DNA of 64,000 nucleotides from NCBI GenBank assembly GCA_963719225.1, contig CAVRAY010000002.1:544001-608000 (forward strand). Reading direction: 5' to 3'. The notes below the pieces were generated by a model. It did no database searches. It was not told the origin of the DNA and was given only the letters and a program-made list of their open reading frames with translations. This document shows positions 19,085-26,572 of this stretch, in pieces. Numbering within the stretch: the first letter of the stretch is position 1; each line of letters opens with the position of its first letter. Made by a program: the position numbers and the translations under genes. The stretch comes from Thermoanaerobaculia bacterium (lineage in GTDB: Bacteria; Acidobacteriota; Thermoanaerobaculia; UBA5066).

Positions 19085-19458
19085 GCGAGGCGTACCCGCC
19101 CCCAGGCTCTCGAGGTGCGAAACCAGCGCGACATGGAGTCGTTCGATCAGTTGCTCGCGGGCGAGCTGGACCTGGCGGTTCGGTCCCGGGAGGCGCTGCC
19201 GCACGGTTTGAGGTTCGAGCCGCTGTTCGCGTCGGGTCGAGTGCTGATCGTGCCGCGTGGTCACCTTAGAAACCCCTCGCTCGCCATGCGTTCGTGATCC
19301 CCCCGGCGGGTTCGACGTCGCGCCGCCTGATCGAGGCCGCGTTCCTGCGGGCCGGCCTGAGGCTGGAGATCGCGATGGAGGCGGGAGGCTGGACGTCCAT
19401 GGGCTGGTGACGCGGGAGGGCACCGGCGCCTCATCCGCAACGGCCGCCGTGAGGAGGG
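19085..19458 (+). repeat. LysR-derived repeat copy 10 (3' end truncated before the G-tract)
   Basis: gcgaggcgtaccc...gccgtgaggaggg. Confidence 0.93.
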
Positions 19459-19459
19459 G

Positions 19460-19655
19460 GCCATAGAACTCGGCGACGGCCGTTTGCACCGCCCCGGCCG
19501 CGAGAGCACGGTCGACATGAGCGAGAAGCGTCCGGGCGAGGTCCGCGTCGATCCGGTTCAAGGTCCGCCAGAGGCTCTCCTCCGGATTCGAGCGCTCCGC
19601 ACCCAGGCAGCAGGCCTTGTACTTCTTCCCGCTCCCGCACGGACACGGTGCGGCC
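19460..19655 (-). pseudogene. SEC-C motif protein fragment
   Basis: APCPCGSGKKYKACC followed by a helical segment; truncated at both ends. Confidence 0.7.
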
Positions 19656-19659
19656 GCGC

Positions 19660-19800
19660 GCGGGCGCTCGACTCGAAGACGTGGGGCGAGTTTCGGAGCC
19701 GCATCCCCGCCGAGGAGTAGAAGGAGCTGGCCTCGAAGCTCGAGGAGATCCCGGCGAAAGACGAGCCGTTCGACGTGGCGTGCGTTCCCGGTTTCTGCGA
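19660..19800 (+). pseudogene. hypothetical gene fragment with in-frame stop; also present at 17482-17541
   Basis: KTWGEFRSRIPAEE*KELASKLEEIPAKDEPFDVACVPGF; DNA match to 17482-17541. Confidence 0.6.
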
Positions 19801-19831
19801 GTCGTCCGATCAGTTGCTCGCGGGCGAGCTG
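19799..19831 (+). repeat. LysR repeat remnant (copy 11)
   Basis: gagtcgtccgatcagttgctcgcgggcgagctg. Confidence 0.8.
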
Positions 19832-19862
19832 AGAGCGTTGCGCCCGAGCATCCAGACACGCG

Positions 19863-20192
19863 ATGTCTGTGCGGGTGCACCACCTTTTCACCATGGACAC
19901 TCGAAGACCAGGCGACCGCGTCATCCAGATCCCGCTCGAGTGGCCGGCGCGCTGCGGGACGGTGCTGGAGGTGAAGGCAGCTCCGCCTGCAGAGGTGCTC
20001 ATCGGATGGGATGACGGCCGGCGAGATTGGCTCGAAGACGGGGATCTGCGCTCCCTCCGGATCTGGTTCATCGACGAGGCCGGAACGGAAGTCGAGCCGA
20101 GACCGGGCCCATTGGAGACGCAGCTTTCCACGTTTCTGGGAATCGAGGCCGGGCGGTCGAAGCCGTTTCGCTTCCCGAAAGGACGCTCATGA
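19863..20192 (+). CDS. hypothetical protein
   Basis: 109-aa ORF, no motif. Confidence 0.45.
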   Translation: MSVRVHHLFTMDTRRPGDRVIQIPLEWPARCGTVLEVKAAPPAEVLIGWDDGRRDWLEDGDLRSLRIWFIDEAGTEVEPRPGPLETQLSTFLGIEAGRSKPFRFPKGRS

Positions 20193-20485
20193 CCACTCAA
20201 AGCGGAAGACGACTCGATTTCCCGTCACCGCCGCGTCGGAAAGCGCCGCTCGGCGCGTGGCCCGCCATGAGAAGAGGCTCGCCGAGACGCTCGGCGCGCT
20301 GGAGGAGGATCAGTCCGCCTGGGCCGTTCTGCACGGGCTGAAGAGGGTGCGGGCTTGAAGGCGACGTCGAAGGGCTGGATGACGAAGCCGCTCCCGGCCC
20401 GGGCGCCTCGGCCGGATCCGGCTTGCCGGCGATATGATTTGCGGAGGCACGAAAAAGGCCATACGCTCTGAATCTCCAGGAGGTT

Positions 20486-21025
20486 GTGATGAGAACGAGT
20501 CTTAGTCGCCGTCGAGCGGGATTCACCTTGATCGAGCTTCTCGTCGTCATCGCCATCATCGCGGTCCTCATCGGTTTGCTCCTGCCGGCCGTCCAGAAGG
20601 TGCGGGAGTCGGCCGCGAAGGGGTCTCGAACCGCGGTCTGGGCCGAGGGGGTCGAGAGGACCCTTCTGAAGCTGAAACCGATCGTGGAGAACGGCAAGTC
20701 GCGCATGGAGAGGGCGAAAGGCGGGCATGAAAGGCTGGCCGACACCTATTTTCACTCGATGCGCTCGAGCCTCCGGGAGGCCGAGAAGGACGTCGCGCGT
20801 CAGATCACGGATCTCGAGCACCTCAAGGTCGCCCGGAACGAATCCCTCAGGGCGGGCGCGGCCGGCAAACCGGGGTCTCTGTCTCTTGCCCCAGCGGCCC
20901 ATCCCCCCGAGATTCCGCAGGGGGTCGAGGACGACCTGAGGAAGCTGCAGCAGGAGATCGTGAAGGCGAGGAAGCTCCTCGAAACCAATCACGTCGAGCA
21001 GGCGCCGGCGACGCAGGTGAAATAG
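20486..21025 (+). CDS. prepilin-type N-terminal cleavage/methylation protein
   Basis: [37 protein letters not shown]; RBS AGGAGG. Confidence 0.85.
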   Translation: MMRTSLSRRRAGFTLIELLVVIAIIAVLIGLLLPAVQKVRESAAKGSRTAVWAEGVERTLLKLKPIVENGKSRMERAKGGHERLADTYFHSMRSSLREAEKDVARQITDLEHLKVARNESLRAGAAGKPGSLSLAPAAHPPEIPQGVEDDLRKLQQEIVKARKLLETNHVEQAPATQVK

Positions 21026-21111
21026 CGCCTCGCCGTCCGCGCGCGCCTGGGCGGCGGCGCGGTGGCGCGGCATGTCGTGCTCGTTCTGGTACGTCGCTTG
21101 CTGCCGCCGCG

Positions 21112-22071
21112 GTGGAGGCGCGTCGTGAAGAAAAGCTCCCGACCGCGGCGGTGCCGGCGCACGCCGATGAAGGCGAAGGACGAGCTCCGGGCCCTGTACG
21201 GCCGGTGAGGTTTTCCGCGTTCCTCGAGCAGCCGGCGGCCCCCGTTCTCGGCTTCGTCCGGCGCGTCCTCCGGAATTTCCACGAGAACCAGGGCTTTCTC
21301 CTCGCGAGCGCGGTTGCGTACAACACGCTTCTCTCCATCGTTCCGCTCTTCGCGGTGCTCCTCGTCCTCGCCTCGAACGTCACGGACGAAGGGAGCCTCG
21401 TCGCGACGGTCGCGGTCTACGCCGAGCTGCTCCTTCCGGGCCGCTCCGCGGCCGTCATGGACCAGGTGCGGGCGCTCCTCGAGCACCGGGAGGTCATCGC
21501 GGGCGTCGGCGGCCTCGCGCTCCTGTTCTTCAGCTCCATCGCGTTCTCGGTTCTCGAGGGTGCGATGGAGGTGATCTTCTTCCACCGCCTCGTGAGCCGG
21601 CGCCGCCATTTCCTGTGGTCGGCGGCGCTCCCGTACCTCTTCATCATGGCGCTCGGCGCGGGACTCCTGCTCGTGAGCATCATCTCGGGCGCACTCCAGA
21701 CCGTCGGGCGCGACACGATCCCGCTCTTCGGCCGTTCGTGGTCGCTCGCGGGTCTCTCGCGCGCGATCCTGTGGTTCCTGGGCGTCGCCGGCCTCGCGCT
21801 GCTCCTCACGGCCCTCTACATGGTCATGCCCGTCGGGCGTCTCTCGTTCCGGCACGCGCTCGCGGGCGGCGTCACGGCGACGGTCCTGTGGGAGGTCGTG
21901 CGCCGCGTCCTGAGGTGGTACTTCGCGACGCTCTCGATGGTGAACGTCGTCTACGGCTCTCTCGCGAGCACGATCGGCGTCCTCCTGACGCTGGAGGCGG
22001 CCGCGCTCGTGCTGCTCCTCGGCGCGCAGGTCATCGCCGAGCTCGAGAGGTCGCGGGTCCCGGCGGCCTAG
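21112..22071 (+). CDS. YihY/BrkB-family membrane protein (start uncertain)
   Basis: ASAVAYNTLLSIVP...VYGSL; multiple TM helices. Confidence 0.88.
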   Translation: MEARREEKLPTAAVPAHADEGEGRAPGPVRPVRFSAFLEQPAAPVLGFVRRVLRNFHENQGFLLASAVAYNTLLSIVPLFAVLLVLASNVTDEGSLVATVAVYAELLLPGRSAAVMDQVRALLEHREVIAGVGGLALLFFSSIAFSVLEGAMEVIFFHRLVSRRRHFLWSAALPYLFIMALGAGLLLVSIISGALQTVGRDTIPLFGRSWSLAGLSRAILWFLGVAGLALLLTALYMVMPVGRLSFRHALAGGVTATVLWEVVRRVLRWYFATLSMVNVVYGSLASTIGVLLTLEAAALVLLLGAQVIAELERSRVPAA

Positions 22072-22484
22072 GGCTGCTCGACCTTCTCCGTCAGCGGCTT
22101 GCCCTTCTCCGCCACGAAGACGACGGCGAGCCGCGCGGGCGCCGACGACTCGTTCACGGCGAAGTGGAGCTGCCGCGGGAGGACGTGGAACATGGCGCCC
22201 GCCTTGACGACCTTCTTCTCGGCGCCCTCGCCGTGGAACGTCATCGTCCCTTCGACGACGAACCCGAAGATCTCGGCGTTGTGCATGTGCGGGCGCTCGC
22301 CCGCGCCGGGCGCGAAGTCCACCCACACCGTGTGGACCTCGCGGCCGGGCACGCCCGCGAGGTCGTACTTCTCCGAGTCCCCGTGCGTCGGCGCCTTCAT
22401 CTCGTCGGCGCGCGACGGGAAGGGCGCGAGCGCGAGAGCGGCCGCGAGGGCGCCGAGAGCGATACCGTGAAGCGGGCGGGTCAT
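22068..22484 (-). CDS. secreted cupin-domain protein
   Basis: Signal peptide; PHMHNAEIFGFVVEG...QLHFAVN. Confidence 0.85.
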   Translation of the reverse strand: MTRPLHGIALGALAAALALAPFPSRADEMKAPTHGDSEKYDLAGVPGREVHTVWVDFAPGAGERPHMHNAEIFGFVVEGTMTFHGEGAEKKVVKAGAMFHVLPRQLHFAVNESSAPARLAVVFVAEKGKPLTEKVEQP

Positions 22485-22639
22485 GGGGCCTCCTTGCACG
22501 AGGTGAGAATGGGTCGCGACTCTAGCGCGCGGGTCGCGCGCGCGTAAAGGAGCCCCGCCGGCCCGGCCCAACGGAAGCTTGCCGGTCCCGGCCCCGGCCG
22601 ATACTGTATGGAGCAACCGACGACGCCCGCGAGGGGAAG

Positions 22640-24427
22640 ATGACAGCCATCGACAAGCGCAACCTGGTCGCCCAGTGGGCGTTCGACACCCGGCCCGTGC
22701 TGCTCCGTTTCCACCTGTGGCTCGAGGACGTCGAGCTGGAGCGCTCGCAGCCGGAGCCCGTCTCGGATCACGCGTTCACGCCGCGCGGCATCGCCCGATG
22801 CCTCGCGATGACGTCCGCGGCCACCGCGCTCGGGACGCGCCTGTTCGGCGGATTCGGCGGGGGCGCGGGCAAGGACAAGGCGACGCTGAACCAGGTGAAG
22901 AAATCGGCGGACGCGATCAGCGCCTACGTGATGAGCGAGGGGCTCTGGCACCTGACGCGCACGCTTCCCGAGAACCACGCGATCATGGTCTCCCTCGGCG
23001 AGGGCCTGATGCCGAAGGCGGGAGAGTCGCCGGAGATGGGCGCGAACCCGCTGCTCGGTTTCGGCCGCGTCTACGCCCGCCCCGAGGTGGCGCGCGTCCT
23101 GGACCGGAGGGTCCGCCGGCTGCTGAACGACCCCGGATACACGTTCGAGCAGTTCTACGGCTGGCTCCACGCGCGGGGCATCACGATCTGGGGCGCCGCC
23201 GTGGACACTCTCGAGAACACCGCGCGCTTTGCGGAGGGGAAGTCGACGGGCCCGATGGCGGTGTTCCACCTCTTCAACTCGCCGCTCGTCCTCGCGCGCC
23301 CGTACGAGTCGTACATGGGCTGCCTCACCGTGCCGGGGCGCGTGGCCGTGGCGGCCGACCGGGTCTCGCTGCTCCTCGACTACCGGACGCCGCGCGCGCA
23401 GGTGACGCAGGCGATCGAGGCGGCCTACCCCGGCGTCAAGCGCGGAAACATCCACGTCTGGACGCTGAGGGGCCAGAACCGGCTCGGGCGGCTCGGAAAG
23501 CTGTGGGAGGAGTGGACCGCGCTCGGCGTCCACCTCGTCGAGGACGGCTGGAAGGCGCCGTCGGGCTTCGAGGTGTTCACGGACTCGGGGACGTACGCGC
23601 CGACGTTCCTGATCGGGAGCTGGGCGGACGAGGCGGGAGACACGCACGTCTTTCTCTGCGACGGCTACGCCGCCACGGCCGAGGCGATGCAGGCGGCGAG
23701 CCTCGCGGAGGTGCTGGACGTCGACGCTTCGATGGCGCTCTTCTCCCCGGGCTTCGAGCTCCCGTGCGGCACCGAGGGACGGCTCATGGCGCTCGATCCC
23801 GACAGGCCCGACTTCCCGCAGAGAGTGCGCGAGGCGCTGGGCGGGCGAAACGCCGAGGCGGGCCGGGCCGTCAAGTACGGGGAGGCGATCCGCGAGGCGC
23901 GGGAATGCAACGTGCCGACGGGCCGGCCCGTCCTCAGGCCCGACGACTTCGTCCCCGAGAAGAACTGGAGCGTGCTCGCGTCGACGGGCTACATCTGCGA
24001 CGACCCCTACACGGGAACGGCGGGCGTCACGCGCGTGGCCGACGACGTCTACCGGGTGACGACGCGGCTCGCCGCGCGCCAGGCCTCGAGCCGCATCACG
24101 TTTACGTTCCGGCTCATGGAGCCGCTCGAGAGGGCGTGCCACGTCTTCAGCCCTCTGCTCGTGCGCTTCATGTCGGGCGTGGACCACACGACGCGCCCCG
24201 TGAAGATTTCCGACTCGGGCCGCATCCGCAACGAGCTGCAGACGATGTTCTCCCAGGCGCTCGAGCACGACGGCGACAAGATCCGGATCCACTTCAACCG
24301 CCTCGACGAGAAGGTCGTGCCGCGCGACAAGCAGAAGACGATCCGCAAGGTGCTCGAGTGGTACCGCGCGAATCACCCGGTCTGGTTCGACTGGGTCGAG
24401 ATCGGGGAGACGACACGGGGCATCTGA
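22640..24427 (+). CDS. hypothetical protein, distant GlpX (class II FBPase)-like
   Basis: Colinear motifs KKSADA, SLGEG, AVDTLENT, YMGCL, STGY. Confidence 0.75.
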   Translation: MTAIDKRNLVAQWAFDTRPVLLRFHLWLEDVELERSQPEPVSDHAFTPRGIARCLAMTSAATALGTRLFGGFGGGAGKDKATLNQVKKSADAISAYVMSEGLWHLTRTLPENHAIMVSLGEGLMPKAGESPEMGANPLLGFGRVYARPEVARVLDRRVRRLLNDPGYTFEQFYGWLHARGITIWGAAVDTLENTARFAEGKSTGPMAVFHLFNSPLVLARPYESYMGCLTVPGRVAVAADRVSLLLDYRTPRAQVTQAIEAAYPGVKRGNIHVWTLRGQNRLGRLGKLWEEWTALGVHLVEDGWKAPSGFEVFTDSGTYAPTFLIGSWADEAGDTHVFLCDGYAATAEAMQAASLAEVLDVDASMALFSPGFELPCGTEGRLMALDPDRPDFPQRVREALGGRNAEAGRAVKYGEAIREARECNVPTGRPVLRPDDFVPEKNWSVLASTGYICDDPYTGTAGVTRVADDVYRVTTRLAARQASSRITFTFRLMEPLERACHVFSPLLVRFMSGVDHTTRPVKISDSGRIRNELQTMFSQALEHDGDKIRIHFNRLDEKVVPRDKQKTIRKVLEWYRANHPVWFDWVEIGETTRGI

Positions 24428-24504
24428 GGCGCGCCGCGGGCCGCATGGTGTTTTGACACGGCGTCTCAGCGGTCCTAATCTGATCCGCGGTCGGGAGGTG
24501 ACCC

Positions 24505-24999
24505 ATGGACGGACGTCGCGCCATTCTGAAAGCCGGTCTCGTCGCCATCGGGAACGTTGTCCTCGGGCCGGCCCGCATCCTGCTGGGCGCCGTGACGTCG
24601 AAGGCTCCGGCGCCGCGGGCGCACCTCCTGCCTTCCGAAGAGAAGACAGTCCGCTCGTACTACGAGGCCGGCTGGAACAAGGGCGACAAGAACTTCCTCC
24701 TGGCGGTTTCCAGAACTGGTGAACAGTGCGCGAGGGAGCTCGACCGTTATCGGGGCGCGTTTCCCGACCTTCGATTCGACGTCGGTTCGGTGCAGAAGGT
24801 GGGGGATGAAATCCATGTGCGATGGACAGCGCAGGGCACGAACCGCGGGGCGCTCGACGGCCGGGCGGCGACGGGACGCCGGGCGACGATTCAAGGCCTG
24901 ACGAAGTTCAAGGTCGTGGAAGGCAAGATCGTCTCCGCGGCGCCGGAGTGGGATCAGGCCGCGCTGCAACGGCAGCTCGGGGCCAGGACCGCAGGCTGA
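24505..24999 (+). CDS. SnoaL-like ester cyclase family protein
   Basis: YRGAFPDLRF...VRWTAQGTNRG...ATGRR...EGKIV. Confidence 0.8.
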   Translation: MDGRRAILKAGLVAIGNVVLGPARILLGAVTSKAPAPRAHLLPSEEKTVRSYYEAGWNKGDKNFLLAVSRTGEQCARELDRYRGAFPDLRFDVGSVQKVGDEIHVRWTAQGTNRGALDGRAATGRRATIQGLTKFKVVEGKIVSAAPEWDQAALQRQLGARTAG

Positions 25000-26489
25000 C
25001 CGACCTCTTCCACGAGGTCCTTCTCTCCGCGTGCGCCGGACGCGGCGCGCGGCCTGCCTTCATCGACGCCGCGACCGGGCGCACGGTTCGCTTCGACGAG
25101 ATTCGGCCGGTGGTCGAAGGCCTGTCCGCACGCCTCCGCGCGACGGGCGTCGGGGGCGGCGACGTCGTGGCGCTTCTCGCGAGAAACGCGCCGGAGTATC
25201 TCCCGACCGTTTGCGGCATCCTCGCAGCGGGCGCGGCCGTCGCGCCCGTGAACCCCGCGTTTCTGCCGCACGAGATCGCGCGCCAGCTCGGGGAGAGCGG
25301 CGTCTCGACCCTCGTCGTCGCCGACGCGCTCGCCGGAAGGGCGGCGGGCTTTCCGCCGATTCCGGGCCTCGTGCGTGTCATTGCCCTGGACGACGCGTAC
25401 GGTCTCCGGCCGCTCGCGAGATCCGCGGGCGCTCCCGGGCTCCCCACGGAGAAAGGCGACGCGCTTCTCGCATGGTCCGTGGGGCTCGGCGGCCTGCCCG
25501 GGCCCGCGCGGCACACGCACGAGAGCCTTTCCGCCGCGCTCCTCGGGCTCGCCGCCGTCGCGCCGTGGCGCGAGAGCGACGTCGTGTACTCGGCGATCTC
25601 GCCGTACGACCTGTACGGGCTCGTCGCGACGCTCGCTCTGTCGCTTCACAGGGGTCTCACGGCGGTGACGTCGGCGCGGTTCGACCCGGCGTCCTTCGCG
25701 GCCGCCGTGAAACGCTTCGGCGTGACGGTGTCGAATGTCGTGCCGTCGATCGTGCACGCGCTGAGCCAGGCCGCGGCGCCGGCGGGCGCGCTCGCACCCC
25801 TGCGCCTTCTCATCTCCGGCGGCGCGCCGCTCGCACCCCACGTATCGCGCGCGTGCGCGGCGCGGCTCTGCATGACCGTCGTGCAGGGCTATGGTCTCGC
25901 CGAGTGCGCGGGCGCGACGCATCTCGACTGGGACCTCGACCGCGCCGACGTGCCGTCGAGCGGGCGGCCCCTCCCCGGCATGGCGACGCGCGTCGTCGAT
26001 GCGGCCGGCGACCCCGTGAAGGAGGGGGAGGAAGGCGAATTGTGGCTGAAGGGCGCGCAGATGCTCATCGGATACCGAGGGCGGCCCGAGAAGACGGCGG
26101 CCACGCTGACGGAGGACGGCTGGCTCCGCACGGGCGATCTCGTCCGCGAGGACGCGTCGAAGCGACTGACCGTCGTCGGCCGCACGAAGCGGCTCGTGAA
26201 GGTCAAGGGATTCCAGGTGTCTCCCGAGGAGATCGAGCATGCGCTGCGTGCGCATCCGGCGGTCGTGGACGCCGCGGCGTTCCCGGCATGGGACCCGGAG
26301 TCGGGCGAGGAGTCGGCGCGCGTGTACGCGGTGGCGGGGAGCAACGTGTCGTCCGACGCGCTCGTCGACTGGTGCGCGGCGCGCCTCGCGCGCCACAAGA
26401 GGCCGGTGCGCGTCAATATCGTGCCGGAGCTTCCGCCCGACGCGGACGGCCCGTGGCGGTTCCCGTGGCTCGGGACGACCCGAGGGTGA
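24996..26489 (+). CDS. AMP-binding (acyl-CoA ligase-like) protein with degenerate motifs
   Basis: QGYGLAE, GELWLKG, WLRTGD, GRTKRLVKVKG; P-loop and A10 Lys altered; start possibly CTG. Confidence 0.8.
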   Translation: MTDLFHEVLLSACAGRGARPAFIDAATGRTVRFDEIRPVVEGLSARLRATGVGGGDVVALLARNAPEYLPTVCGILAAGAAVAPVNPAFLPHEIARQLGESGVSTLVVADALAGRAAGFPPIPGLVRVIALDDAYGLRPLARSAGAPGLPTEKGDALLAWSVGLGGLPGPARHTHESLSAALLGLAAVAPWRESDVVYSAISPYDLYGLVATLALSLHRGLTAVTSARFDPASFAAAVKRFGVTVSNVVPSIVHALSQAAAPAGALAPLRLLISGGAPLAPHVSRACAARLCMTVVQGYGLAECAGATHLDWDLDRADVPSSGRPLPGMATRVVDAAGDPVKEGEEGELWLKGAQMLIGYRGRPEKTAATLTEDGWLRTGDLVREDASKRLTVVGRTKRLVKVKGFQVSPEEIEHALRAHPAVVDAAAFPAWDPESGEESARVYAVAGSNVSSDALVDWCAARLARHKRPVRVNIVPELPPDADGPWRFPWLGTTRG

Positions 26490-26572
26490 GACGGCCTCAC
26501 TTCCTTGCGAAAGCCGTCCTCCGCCGAGGAATACCCGATCCGGGACCGCAGTCTCCTAGACTTGGAGTCTCC

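Noticed and set aside
460-19458. lysR repeats as IS elements, MITEs or a CRISPR array
   Set aside because: No transposase, terminal inverted repeats or target duplications; units are 320-830 bp of variable length and clearly LysR-coding; no cas genes
460-19458. Retroelement origin suggested by fixed 3' and variable 5' ends
   Set aside because: No reverse transcriptase, poly-A-like tail or target duplication in the window; cannot be excluded in trans but is unsupported
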